From contig CP009479.1 in assembly GCA_000965745.1 (NCBI GenBank), positions 448,001-512,000 of the forward strand: a stretch of DNA of 64,000 nucleotides, read 5' to 3'. Source of the stretch: an uncultured archaeon (GTDB taxonomy: Archaea > Thermoplasmatota > Thermoplasmata > Thermoplasmatales > Thermoplasmataceae). The translations under genes were made by a program, and so were the position numbers. Shown one piece after another: positions 18,771-28,671 of the stretch (its first letter is position 1; every line of letters starts with the position of its first letter). Under the pieces are notes generated by a model. The model had not been told where the DNA came from, searched no databases, and was given only the letters and a program-made list of their open reading frames with translations.

Positions 18771-20492
18771 CTATGCCCTAGCGAGTGCGGCCTGAGATGT
18801 TATCTCTTTCTTGTTTTCGAGGCCGTATTCCTTGACTTTGTCTACATCGACCCCGCGCTTCCTCGCGATTTTCTCTACAGTTCTAAGCATTAATCCCCCA
18901 CCAAAGGAGATAATGCCTCCTGTTCCGAGCTTCACAACCATGTTGCCTCTCGCGTCCCTGTAACCGTTTCTCTTTGCCATCTTTGCCAGATGCCTGTAAG
19001 ACGCGTAGTATACCGCGAGCATGCTCTCGGTGAGCATTTCCCTGTTTAGCTCTCTCGACTTGATCCTTCCGAGTGGGACGTTAAGGAGAGGAGTTGCAGT
19101 GAATTCGAACGCCCTGCCTTCGACATAAGAGTTGCTCAACCGGTTTATCATTGCTACTGTGTCCCAGTTGTCCTCGTCAGTCTCTCCTGCCTGCCCAACC
19201 TGCAGAGTGAAAGCAGGCCTCCAGTAATTCTTGGTCTCGACTGCAACACCCTGCCACACAATATCCTGCCATGAGCCGTCCGGCCCAATCTTGAGAGGAA
19301 GTGTCTTGTTGGGCATGTGCTGTTTCGCAAGAGAATCGCTGCCTGTTTCAATTCCGGTCTGGACTCCGATCCAGTTGTCCGGGCCACCTTTGAGAACCTT
19401 CGTCAGGTGCTCCATCATCTCTGGATAGCCTGCTGGTATGGAGATTCTCCCGTGTGTGGGGTTTGATGTTTTCACACCCTTTATGCCCATGACAGTCGAG
19501 AAGAGTTCTGAAAGGGCGTCCTCGTTTGGCGTGAACATGTTTCCATGCTTGTACCCCCATATTTCATCAGAGTGCAGCCACGCGTTGGTCTGTCCTGCCT
19601 TGAGGTTTATTTCAACCTCCTTGACTATGTTCTCTATGGGAACGTACCTGAGCGGCCTCAGGGTTACCTCACAAAAATCGCAGCCTACACCGCAACCCCT
19701 CATAACCTCAGTCATCCCTTTCATTGCCGGGTTGACGATTGGTGGCATTTCCTCAAGTTTTGGATAAGCGGCGAATGATACCCCTCTTGCGAGGAATTTC
19801 TCGTCTTTCTGCACTATTTTTCTGAATTTATCGTCGTAGGTCATGTAGCCGCTGTGGAAAAGCGACGGATCAATGCTGCCACTGACAATCTGGTCGAAAA
19901 GTATCGGGGCGATATCATCGGCTTCTCCCTGAAAAACGTAATCGATATTGTACTTGTCAATGGCGTCCCTCATTAATGTGAACTCCCAGACACCGGGTCC
20001 ACCAACAACCAGTTTAGCCTTTTTCCCCCGCCTGACACTGTTTATCTTCTCCATCAGTAAGTCCCATTCTCTCCATACCCATGCATATAGCTCTCCGCCG
20101 AATAATGCATAGTAGGACATTGTTACTGGCCCAAGGCCAAGAGGGTCCATTGTGGACACAGCAATTATCTCGGTATCGTCTGTTATGTGCTGTGCCAGGT
20201 ACTCCTCCTGGATTACTGCAACGTCCTTTCTTTCAAACCTTGTCAGAAGAGAGGCCTCGAGCTTTCTTATGGAGTACGGCGCCAGGTCTACTCTTCCATC
20301 TGGCGCAGTTGGGGGTGCGGGACCTTTAAGAAAACGGTAGATGGGACCGGGTATCGCTCTTGACGGTGCGCAGGGCAAAAAGTCCAGTAATGGAAAATCT
20401 CTGTATTGGTATCCTAGAGTCGAGTCTGAAATCAATACATATTTTGTCATAATACTCAGTCCGGTAGGATTAGTTAGAAACTTAACCTTCAT
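18771..20492 (-). CDS. Radical SAM enzyme with B12-binding-like N-terminal domain, probable GDGT ring synthase (Grs family); start may be 20450
   Basis: EVMRGCGVGCDFC (CxxxCxxC), APYSIRKLEA, STMDPLGLGP, VVGGPGVW, GIETGS. Confidence 0.7.
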   Translation of the reverse strand: MKVKFLTNPTGLSIMTKYVLISDSTLGYQYRDFPLLDFLPCAPSRAIPGPIYRFLKGPAPPTAPDGRVDLAPYSIRKLEASLLTRFERKDVAVIQEEYLAQHITDDTEIIAVSTMDPLGLGPVTMSYYALFGGELYAWVWREWDLLMEKINSVRRGKKAKLVVGGPGVWEFTLMRDAIDKYNIDYVFQGEADDIAPILFDQIVSGSIDPSLFHSGYMTYDDKFRKIVQKDEKFLARGVSFAAYPKLEEMPPIVNPAMKGMTEVMRGCGVGCDFCEVTLRPLRYVPIENIVKEVEINLKAGQTNAWLHSDEIWGYKHGNMFTPNEDALSELFSTVMGIKGVKTSNPTHGRISIPAGYPEMMEHLTKVLKGGPDNWIGVQTGIETGSDSLAKQHMPNKTLPLKIGPDGSWQDIVWQGVAVETKNYWRPAFTLQVGQAGETDEDNWDTVAMINRLSNSYVEGRAFEFTATPLLNVPLGRIKSRELNREMLTESMLAVYYASYRHLAKMAKRNGYRDARGNMVVKLGTGGIISFGGGLMLRTVEKIARKRGVDVDKVKEYGLENKKEITSQAALARA

Positions 20493-20668
20493 AAAGATTT
20501 TGTTCGGGAGGCATATGAAATGTTCTTTGATACAAAGCTCCAGAGTCGATTCCAGTTTTCTTGCTCCAGAGATAAATACTCATGCTTTTCAATATGCCAT
20601 GAGTTTACAGCACAATGAAAATAACTTCTATCCGGGAAAAGTTAACCATATACCCTGTCATAAAGACT

Positions 20669-22117
20669 TTACCATGTTATATCAAGTACCCCCGATGAGG
20701 CTTTTCGCATTCTTTCAATGCAATAATTCCTGAAAGCATGGCTGTTGTAGACTGCAAATGGCATGAATGATCCTTCAGGAAGGATCCCGGAGGTTATTCT
20801 GCGGCTCATGGTGTTGCTGAGTGCTGAAGACGTATCCTCGTTTGTCAGGCCCAGGCTTGCAAGCCTCTCCTGCCAGTTATGCATGTAAGTTTTGTAATTT
20901 AGGATGGTGTCCCATATCACAAATTTCTTCAGTTCATTCTTGTTGTAGCTGTCTCTGAATGAGGACAAGCCCAAGATCTTTGCCAGGTGGGAAACCGGGA
21001 TGTATATTCTTTTTATTCCCCTGTGCCCCTTCACACCAATACCGATTTTCTCGAACCTCTCAAAAAACTGGTGCAGCAGGTTATTGATCTCAGGGTATGT
21101 GGCCAGAGTATTGATCCTGTTCCACTCCATTGTGGTTATCCCGGTGATGTTCACAATCTCCCGCATTGTCTCAACCAGAAATGTGTTTTCAGACTCGAAC
21201 GTGGTTCTCATGACGCCAAGAAGGTACGAAGCCGACCTTTCAGGGGGCAATGCCTGCTTAGGGGCAAAGATTCCAATTGAGCCAATAAGAGCCACGAAAG
21301 AGAACTGTTCAGGGTACGAGTACAATATGTCAAGGATGCGGTTCTTCTTCGATTCTATCGCTTCAACTATGATCTGGTTTGCTAGCTTGGTGGTGTTCTC
21401 GCTCTGGTCCAGCGTGAGATAGACTGTTCTCTCCTCAGGAAAGGTTGATGACTGGGTCCTTTCACTTTCCTTGAGAATCCCGAGTGCTTCCAGGAAAATA
21501 GCTTCCCTGGAAAGGTTCTCGTTTCTCCGCGTTATCATGTTTCCGAGGTGGCTTATCCTTTTCCCTGATTCTATGTTGAGGCCACCCACTGCTGCCTGAT
21601 AGACAAGCCTTTTGGAGGTGTCCAGTGACAGGCCCTGCGAATTAATCTGTTCCATGAACCTGTCAAGTTCCTGTGTGTCCAGCTTGATTAAAGGCTCTTT
21701 TACTGTGACTTCCTCAAAGAAAGCCTTCTGCGATGATTTGCCCGTGAGTTCCCTGATCTTGTCCTCCAGATCCGTGTTCTCGCTTGAAGGCAGTGGGAGG
21801 ATGAACACATCCTTTTCCAGGAGGCTGGTTGTTGCAGGGAGCTTGTCTTTTACCTCCTTCAGCAGATCCTGAGTGGTAAGAAAGATTACATACTTGAGTG
21901 AGGGGTAATTCAGGGCACCGAAAAATTCCGAGGGCCTGGGCTTCCTGCCCAGGAGCTTGATCCCTATGTCAGGCTCGGGCTGACCACTTATGGACGCGAC
22001 AATATCCACCATCTCAGGTGACCTCATTTCCATGGACTCTTCTATGTTTTCAACCCCGTAGAAATTGAGCATGTTTGCCACAAGCCTTTTGGTGCTGTCC
22101 AGGGAATCCTTCAGCAT
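20669..22117 (-). CDS. Hypothetical soluble protein, 482 aa
   Basis: Long ORF with host-like codon usage; no family recognised with confidence. Confidence 0.75.
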   Translation of the reverse strand: MLKDSLDSTKRLVANMLNFYGVENIEESMEMRSPEMVDIVASISGQPEPDIGIKLLGRKPRPSEFFGALNYPSLKYVIFLTTQDLLKEVKDKLPATTSLLEKDVFILPLPSSENTDLEDKIRELTGKSSQKAFFEEVTVKEPLIKLDTQELDRFMEQINSQGLSLDTSKRLVYQAAVGGLNIESGKRISHLGNMITRRNENLSREAIFLEALGILKESERTQSSTFPEERTVYLTLDQSENTTKLANQIIVEAIESKKNRILDILYSYPEQFSFVALIGSIGIFAPKQALPPERSASYLLGVMRTTFESENTFLVETMREIVNITGITTMEWNRINTLATYPEINNLLHQFFERFEKIGIGVKGHRGIKRIYIPVSHLAKILGLSSFRDSYNKNELKKFVIWDTILNYKTYMHNWQERLASLGLTNEDTSSALSNTMSRRITSGILPEGSFMPFAVYNSHAFRNYCIERMRKASSGVLDITW

Positions 22118-22306
22118 GCTTTCATATTTGAGGGTATGATTAATTCTTTTCGCCTAGTGCTGGAAAGCGATTTTCGTTGTGATTCCCTGCTGCCTGTTCA
22201 TGAATTCCACGCCGGACCCTCATGCCCGGTGATGGGTGGCATATTCCTCGAATTTGACTGGCACTCAAACAATCAAGTATTTTTACCTTGCAGCATATCC
22301 GGCATA

Positions 22307-22999
22307 ATGATCTTCAGGGAGGCCACCAGGGAGGACTGGCCCGCCATAAGTGATATATCGAGAAGATCAGGCTATGAAGATTACATAAACCGCCTGGGGC
22401 CCTCATACCTGGATGAGGGAACCGTCCTGATAGCTGAGGATGGCGTTCCTGTTGGATTCTCCAAGGTTGAGATGATGGCAGACGGTGCCACCTGGCTAAG
22501 CGGCCTGCGTGTGGATCCGGACCACTGGAGAAGAGGCATAGGATCTCAGCTTACCCGGAATGGGGTGGACATATCGAGGCGGATGGGTGCGTACGCCGCA
22601 AGAATGCTTGTGGAAGCGTCAAACTACAGGTCACGTGCACTTTCTGAGAAGATGCTTTTCAGGGAAGCCGAATCGTGCAGGTTCTATGAGCAGGGCGTTG
22701 ATCTGGACGGATATTCCGAAGCCAGATTCAAAGATTCAACGTATGTTGCAGCAGGATGGAAGTTCATGCGTGCAGATAGGGCGCCCGATATTCCCGGCCG
22801 GTTCTTTTCAAATGGGCCAAACCTTGTTTTTGCAGCCGATGACGGCAGGTCCTTTCATGTCCTTTCTTCCGGGGAGCCCGTCAAGCCTGCGGATGAGGGG
22901 ATGACCATATGCAGTTCCGGGATTCGGGAAGACCTGTTTGCGCGGTTGAGGAGAATGGAGGATTTTCCCTCCGCAATAGTTTATGAAATGATTCTCTGA
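22307..22999 (+). CDS. GNAT family N-acetyltransferase
   Basis: MIFREATREDW start; WLSGLRVDPDHWRRGIGS acetyl-CoA motif; N..S..L..K. Confidence 0.88.
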   Translation: MIFREATREDWPAISDISRRSGYEDYINRLGPSYLDEGTVLIAEDGVPVGFSKVEMMADGATWLSGLRVDPDHWRRGIGSQLTRNGVDISRRMGAYAARMLVEASNYRSRALSEKMLFREAESCRFYEQGVDLDGYSEARFKDSTYVAAGWKFMRADRAPDIPGRFFSNGPNLVFAADDGRSFHVLSSGEPVKPADEGMTICSSGIREDLFARLRRMEDFPSAIVYEMIL

Positions 23000-23007
23000 T
23001 TCTGCCC

Positions 23008-23724
23008 CTAGTATCCGGCAAAGCTCTCTATACGGATATTATCCGGGTTTACGCCTGAGTCGAGCAGCCAGTTTCGCACCGATACGGCATTAGCCGGAAT
23101 ACCGGAAACATAAAAAACGGAGTTCAAGAAGTCGCCTCCCAGTCTGTTCATCACATAGTTGCAGGTGCTTTCACATTCTATCTCGGCCGAATCATCCTGT
23201 TGGATCATGGGAATCACGTTTATGTTGCCATTCTGCCTGCTGAATTCCACTGCGTCCTTATACAGGCAATTCTCTTCTGGAAAATTGTCCGAATGGAATA
23301 TGTAAATTCTGTGTCGCAGCCCCTTCACCGTTGCGTCCTCAATTATGCTCCTCGCTGGTGTTATCCCGATACGGTCCGTTATGAAGACTGCAGGCAGAGA
23401 AGGATCGGGATGCAACGTAAACCTGCCTCTTGGGCCTTCGACCAGGACAGAAAGGCTGTCGCCTGCTGACATTATGCGCTTCTTGAATTGCGATCCCCTC
23501 AGGGTTACTGCAAACTTCAGCAGCCTCCTGTTTGCAGGTGAGGATGCCATTGAGAGAAACCTGTAATCCTCCTCATGCCTCCGTTTCTCTTCTGGCAGAG
23601 TCAGCTTGACGTATTGGCCCGCTTTGAAGTCAAAGGGCCTGTTTAGCTTCACCTCGAATAAGAGAATCTTCTGGTTGGTCGCCTGTCTGACTCTTATTGT
23701 CCCGGTAAGGAGCTTAACCATCAT
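23008..23724 (-). CDS. FAD/NAD(P)-binding FNR-like oxidoreductase (paralogue 1)
   Basis: FDFKAGQY, RFLSMASSP, GPRGRF, IGITP, FYVSG, C-terminal ESFAGY. Confidence 0.85.
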   Translation of the reverse strand: MMVKLLTGTIRVRQATNQKILLFEVKLNRPFDFKAGQYVKLTLPEEKRRHEEDYRFLSMASSPANRRLLKFAVTLRGSQFKKRIMSAGDSLSVLVEGPRGRFTLHPDPSLPAVFITDRIGITPARSIIEDATVKGLRHRIYIFHSDNFPEENCLYKDAVEFSRQNGNINVIPMIQQDDSAEIECESTCNYVMNRLGGDFLNSVFYVSGIPANAVSVRNWLLDSGVNPDNIRIESFAGY

Positions 23725-23758
23725 GTTTCATTTGCACGATTGTTTAAGCCACTTTTGT

Positions 23759-24481
23759 TCAATATCCAGAGAATTTCTCTGTCTTTATGCTTGCAGATGC
23801 TATCCCCTGGGACAGGAGTGCATTCCTTGCATCGTGTACGAACCTGGGCTTTCCCGAAACGTAGAATATTGCGCGGCCTGTATCGATGTCTGGTGCATAC
23901 GTATCCAGTTTCACACGGGAAAAGGTGAGGCTTGGGCTTTCATCACTGTCTCCCGTGGTAATCCTGACAATGCTGAAATTCTTGAGTCTTGACGCAAGGC
24001 CTTCCAGTTCTTCCATAAACAGTTCCTCCTCACTATTTTTGTTTATGTAGACGAGGCAGATTCTCTGGCCTATCCCTTCATCTGCACACCAGTTCACTAT
24101 ACTGGCCACTGGCGTAATGCCTATCCCTGAAGTAATGAAGATTACAGGCCTCTGCCTGTCAGATATGAGGAAGAATCCTCCAAGCGGCGGGGAAACGTCC
24201 ACCTGTTCCCCCGGCTTCATGCCTGCAAGCTTCTTCTTGAAGTCAGAATCCCCTATCTCGGTCGCGAATCTCAACACATCTGACCTGTTTGGAGAGGATG
24301 ATATCGAGAAAATTCTTCTTATGTCGAAATTTCCGTTGTTTCCGGATGAAAGGGACAGTGTTGCATGTTTTCCAGCCCTGAAGGAGTAATGGGATTCACT
24401 GGAATCAAGGTATATGATGATGTACCTCCCTTTAGCCACTTCAGCCTTCAACAGCGGAATTCTTGCATGACCGGTTTCCAC
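23759..24481 (-). CDS. FAD/NAD(P)-binding FNR-like oxidoreductase (paralogue 2)
   Basis: RIFSISSSP, PPLGGF, ITSGIGITP, FYVSGKP, C-terminal EKFSGY. Confidence 0.85.
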   Translation of the reverse strand: METGHARIPLLKAEVAKGRYIIIYLDSSESHYSFRAGKHATLSLSSGNNGNFDIRRIFSISSSPNRSDVLRFATEIGDSDFKKKLAGMKPGEQVDVSPPLGGFFLISDRQRPVIFITSGIGITPVASIVNWCADEGIGQRICLVYINKNSEEELFMEELEGLASRLKNFSIVRITTGDSDESPSLTFSRVKLDTYAPDIDTGRAIFYVSGKPRFVHDARNALLSQGIASASIKTEKFSGY

Positions 24482-24611
24482 AATAGAATATCACTTTTGC
24501 TGCTTAATTAAGTTTCTTTCAGGGGCAAATGGAAAACCAGAGCCTTTTCATGAGGGGCAGCAGTCTACTGAAAACAATAATATTGAGCAACACCCTTAGC
24601 CAGTTTAAGTA

Positions 24612-26273
24612 GTGAAATTCATGGAAAAAATCAGAATATTGTGGGATCAGAGGATCCCGATGCGGGACGATGTGGAGATCTCTGCCGACGTCTATTTTCC
24701 TGAGGACGATGGAAAGTTCCCTGCACTGGTAATCAGGACTCCTTATGGAAAAGGGGAATCCGGCAACATAGAACAGGGCAGGTATTTTTCTGACAATGGC
24801 TATGTAGCGGTGATCTGTGATGTAAGGGGCAGAGGCGATTCCGATGGAACATTTGTTCCCTATGTCAACGAAGGCCGGGACGGCCATGATGTGATAGAAT
24901 GGGCCGCCAGGCAGGAGTGGTGCACAGGTTCGGTTGGAACACTGGGAGCTTCATACCTGGCACGCATTCAGTGGACTACCGCCCTGGAAAATCCCCCTCA
25001 CCTGAAAACAATGATATCGACCGTTTCCCCTTCTGATCAATTTGTTGAGAGCCCCACGGGAGTGCCTGATCCAATTCACATTTCATGGAGCTTTCTTGTG
25101 AGCGGAAGGTCACTCCAGAATGTCGATTATGTGGACTGGGAGAAGGTGTACAGGCACCTTCCCCTGATAGATATGGAAAGGGCCACAGGCAGGGCAATAA
25201 CGGGATGGAAAGAATCCTTTGACCATACGACCTTTGATGATTACTGGAAGCAGACAGCATACCAGACGAGATTCTCGGAGATTGATCTCCCGGTGATGCA
25301 CATTTCAGGATGGTACGATGACGAGCAGATTGGCACCCCGATGAACTTCCACGGGATGAGGCAGCACGCAAAAACTGAATCTGCCAGAGAAAACCAGAAA
25401 CTTGTGATGGGGCCATGGCCGCACGGAATAAACAAGAGCCAGACCCTTGGAAACATAGATTTTGGGCCCACTTCACTGATTGACCTTCTTGATCTGGAAA
25501 AAAGGTGGTTTGACAGATGGCTCAAGGGAGACAGGAACAGCATTGACGATGAAAACAGAGTTTCAATATTTGTGATGGGGGAGAACAGGTGGAGGTACGA
25601 AAAGGACTGGCCCCTTCCGGATACAGATTTCGTCCCGTATTACCTGACGAGTGGTGGAAGGGCAAACAGCAGATTCGGTGATGGGAAACTGGTTGACGTG
25701 GTGCATGATATGGGTTCCGGTAAAGACAGCTATACCTACGATCCCGAAAACCCGTTCCCATTCATTACGGAGCAGACCTCTGCCCAGATAGGAGGTCCTG
25801 ATGATTACGCAGCCGTGGAGAGAAGGGATGATGTGCTTGTATACACTTCAGAGCCCCTTAAGGAGAGCCTTGAGGTAACCGGCCCTGTGAAGGCAGAGAT
25901 CTATGTATCCTCAGACGCAGAAGATACTGATTTTGCGGTAAAGCTTCTCGATGTATGGCCAAACGGATTCGCGCAGAGGCTTTGCGACGGAGTGGTAAGG
26001 GCAAGATACAGGGAGGGCATGGAGAGAGAGATACCGATGGAGCCCGGGAAAGTCTACAGCATGACAGTGGATATGTGGAATACAAGCCAGGTTTTCCGCC
26101 CAGGGCACAGGATCAGGGTCGAGGTTGCTTCAAGCGCTTTTCCGAAGTACAGCAGAAATCAGAACGTTTGGGAAAAACTTGGAAGAAGTGATAAGGTGAA
26201 GATAGCAGACCAGACCCTGTATCACGGGAAGGATTACCCGTCAAAAGTCATTCTGCCGATAATAAGGAAATAA
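24612..26273 (+). CDS. CocE/NonD family serine hydrolase
   Basis: IPMRDDV, RTPY, DVRGRGDSDG, GASYLA nucleophile elbow, GWYD, GPWPH, C-terminal PepX_C-like domain. Confidence 0.92.
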   Translation: MKFMEKIRILWDQRIPMRDDVEISADVYFPEDDGKFPALVIRTPYGKGESGNIEQGRYFSDNGYVAVICDVRGRGDSDGTFVPYVNEGRDGHDVIEWAARQEWCTGSVGTLGASYLARIQWTTALENPPHLKTMISTVSPSDQFVESPTGVPDPIHISWSFLVSGRSLQNVDYVDWEKVYRHLPLIDMERATGRAITGWKESFDHTTFDDYWKQTAYQTRFSEIDLPVMHISGWYDDEQIGTPMNFHGMRQHAKTESARENQKLVMGPWPHGINKSQTLGNIDFGPTSLIDLLDLEKRWFDRWLKGDRNSIDDENRVSIFVMGENRWRYEKDWPLPDTDFVPYYLTSGGRANSRFGDGKLVDVVHDMGSGKDSYTYDPENPFPFITEQTSAQIGGPDDYAAVERRDDVLVYTSEPLKESLEVTGPVKAEIYVSSDAEDTDFAVKLLDVWPNGFAQRLCDGVVRARYREGMEREIPMEPGKVYSMTVDMWNTSQVFRPGHRIRVEVASSAFPKYSRNQNVWEKLGRSDKVKIADQTLYHGKDYPSKVILPIIRK

Positions 26274-26277
26274 ATCA

Positions 26278-26335
26278 GACCAGGGGGGAGCATCAAGCGC
26301 CCCTCCTGGTCACAGTTGTTTTTTCAGTGTTTTTA
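26278..26335 (+). terminator. GC-rich hairpin plus T-tracts between convergent genes
   Basis: gaccaggggggagc-atcaa-gcgcccctcctggtc (26278-26311) followed by ttgttttttcagtgttttt. Confidence 0.55.
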
Positions 26336-26339
26336 CGGA

Positions 26340-26522
26340 TCAATGCTTCATTTTTATTGCGTCTGTAACCTTCTGCTTAAGATCCTCGGAAATCTCCTTC
26401 ATTCCATGAGCAGTTTTTGCATGATCCACTATCTTCGGCATGAGCTCGTCCATGCTCTTTGCCTCGGTAGAGAACCCGCAGTTCATTCCAATATCCTTGC
26501 AACTAAAGCTGTAGCTGGCCAT
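26340..26522 (-). CDS. DUF1059-like small metal-binding protein
   Basis: FSCKDIGMNCGF...HAKTAH; GGTG-like RBS before the ATG at 26522. Confidence 0.85.
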   Translation of the reverse strand: MASYSFSCKDIGMNCGFSTEAKSMDELMPKIVDHAKTAHGMKEISEDLKQKVTDAIKMKH

Positions 26523-26660
26523 TTTTACACCTGAAAACATTACGGATTCGCCCGTAATAAAGAGTTAACTTTACATCTGATGAGTATCCTGCCAATGGGT
26601 GACAGAACCCGGTTGAGCGAAACAATGGAAAGCTTGTGCACAAATTCGACCCTCAAAGTA

Positions 26661-27203
26661 TCATGCGGGCCTGCGGGAATACCATTCCATGGCTTCTTTC
26701 TGGAGTTCTGTGACAAACTTTTCCTTTCCGGATATGTAAGCCTCGTTGTCATTCGGATGCTTTGCTGCGACCTCTGCCTTGAGTTTTCCATATACTTCCG
26801 CTTTACCGGGGTGGGCCTTCAGAAATTCCCTGACTGCCAGATGCCTCCTCAGATTCTCCTTGTCGTCCCTGAAAAAGACATGGACATGAACACTATGCAC
26901 CCAGTTTTCCGGGTCCACGAACCTGACCTTCTTGAAGAACCTCCTGCCGGGGATTCCATACTCCCCGAGTGCTTCAAAACCCGCCTTTTTCATTTCGCTG
27001 TTCACTTCATCCACCGCAAGAAGGCTCTCGACTGAGACCATTATATCTATTGTAGGCTTGGCCTTGAGACCTGGTACTGATGTGCTCCCTATATGCTGTA
27101 TATCAACAATATTCGAGCCGAATATCCCTCTAATGGTCTCCGCTTCGTTTTCGTAACTCTCCGGCCACCTTGGGTCGTAATCAACAACTTCCAGGATTCT
27201 CAT
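26661..27203 (-). CDS. GrpB family protein (nucleotidyltransferase-like)
   Basis: VVDYDPRWP, HIGSTSVPGLKAKPTIDI, HVHV, Y..LK, Y..GK..F. Confidence 0.9.
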   Translation of the reverse strand: MRILEVVDYDPRWPESYENEAETIRGIFGSNIVDIQHIGSTSVPGLKAKPTIDIMVSVESLLAVDEVNSEMKKAGFEALGEYGIPGRRFFKKVRFVDPENWVHSVHVHVFFRDDKENLRRHLAVREFLKAHPGKAEVYGKLKAEVAAKHPNDNEAYISGKEKFVTELQKEAMEWYSRRPA

Positions 27204-27244
27204 TGCTCTTGCTTCGATATCGGAACCTCAGAGTTAAAAGTGAG

Positions 27245-28519
27245 TCATGCTGACCTTGCATCCGGCACCTCACCCTTCCATTCTGAGCTTGAACGGCTTC
27301 TTCTTCCCTGCCCTATGGCCACCGAAAAATAAGCTGCTGCGAAACCGAACTGGGCAAGGTATGGAAGAGTATTCAACCAGCCGTAGAGATAGTAGGTGTT
27401 GCCGTATAGAAACCCGAAGAATATTGTGTTATAAGGGGGAATGAAGGGGAGTGGGAACACCACTGGAATCCCTTGATAAGTCAGATTGATGTTCAGCAGA
27501 TTCTGTGAGGCAAGAGCATCCATTGCCACCAGGAAAGCTAGAGCCAGGATGAAAGAGGCTCCGAGGCATGCCTTCTGAATCCTGGTTGACTGCATGAAGG
27601 GGATGAGGAGGAATGATACAGCTGCGGCGCTCTGAAAAGCGAGGAATAGCGTAGAGGGCAGCATATAATTCCCAAGAGCCGGTGAACTGTATAACTGCTC
27701 ATTCATGGACAGTACTCCGGTTATCAGCAGAAACAGCGGGATTATGATTTCCGCGAGAAACATTGCCATTCCTGCTGCCAGCACTTTCTTTGCCGTCCCT
27801 GACAGGCCCCTTGCAAAGGCGAAGAGCAGGACGAGCCCCGCTACACTTAGCAGTACCGGAGCAACGAAAAGGGCCGGATAGGCAAATGACTGGAATATGG
27901 AAAACCCAATTGTGTTAAGTGCGAAAGGATCACCATTCACGGTGAAATACTGCCTTATCGGTGAGAGAAGAAAGGACAGGGCAGGAAAAATGAAGGCATA
28001 CCAGTACCTGTTTCCCTGTTTGTTGGCCTTAAACCTGTTGGGAGAGAGCTTCTTGCTTCCAGAATTTTCCACTGAGTCCAGATCGATTGATCTCCCCAGG
28101 CCATCCTTGAATCTTGATTCGTATGTATCCTGGCAGATGGAGAGGAAAATGGCGTGATTCTTTCCGTAATTACTTCTCAGATAGTCCATGATCCTGCTTA
28201 CCCTTTCAGGATCTGGTTCCTCGACTTCAGGGGTGTTATCCCTTATCTGTTCCTCATCAAGAAGGAAGACAGGATAGGCGCCACTTCTCCCTGTAGTTTT
28301 GTCAGGATACTCAAAGCTTGACACAGGCACTACATCCGAGCCTGATTTCAGAAGCTTCATGGCTGTCAGGAATGCAATCCTTCTCACCTGCTCCTTCTTT
28401 CTTCCAGCGATAATGTGGACGTCGCTTGACCTGCTCCCCTCGTGGGATCTTATCCTTTCAGAAAGTTCGACGACCTTTCTGTCCTCATAAGCATTGTGGG
28501 GTATTTCGCCTTTAGGCAT
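27245..28519 (-). CDS. Hypothetical membrane protein (soluble N-terminus of ~170 aa plus ~6-7 TM)
   Basis: Hydrophilic N-terminal half followed by repeated hydrophobic segments. Confidence 0.7.
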   Translation of the reverse strand: MPKGEIPHNAYEDRKVVELSERIRSHEGSRSSDVHIIAGRKKEQVRRIAFLTAMKLLKSGSDVVPVSSFEYPDKTTGRSGAYPVFLLDEEQIRDNTPEVEEPDPERVSRIMDYLRSNYGKNHAIFLSICQDTYESRFKDGLGRSIDLDSVENSGSKKLSPNRFKANKQGNRYWYAFIFPALSFLLSPIRQYFTVNGDPFALNTIGFSIFQSFAYPALFVAPVLLSVAGLVLLFAFARGLSGTAKKVLAAGMAMFLAEIIIPLFLLITGVLSMNEQLYSSPALGNYMLPSTLFLAFQSAAAVSFLLIPFMQSTRIQKACLGASFILALAFLVAMDALASQNLLNINLTYQGIPVVFPLPFIPPYNTIFFGFLYGNTYYLYGWLNTLPYLAQFGFAAAYFSVAIGQGRRSRSSSEWKGEVPDARSA

Positions 28520-28671
28520 GCCGTAATACTCCCTTAGTGATTCTTCATCCTGTTCCAGAACAATCGACCCCGTGATTAGAATGGAAGTTTAGTTGGCCTC
28601 CAGACAGGTGAGATATTGTTCTAAGTTGATAAGAATATTCCCGGTAAAAATGAATAAAGTGGGATTGAGGC

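Noticed and set aside
20530-20580. gctccagag repeated twice, resembling mini-ORBs
   Set aside because: Short, no G-string or dyad, and lies in the promoter region of the radical SAM gene; may be chance.
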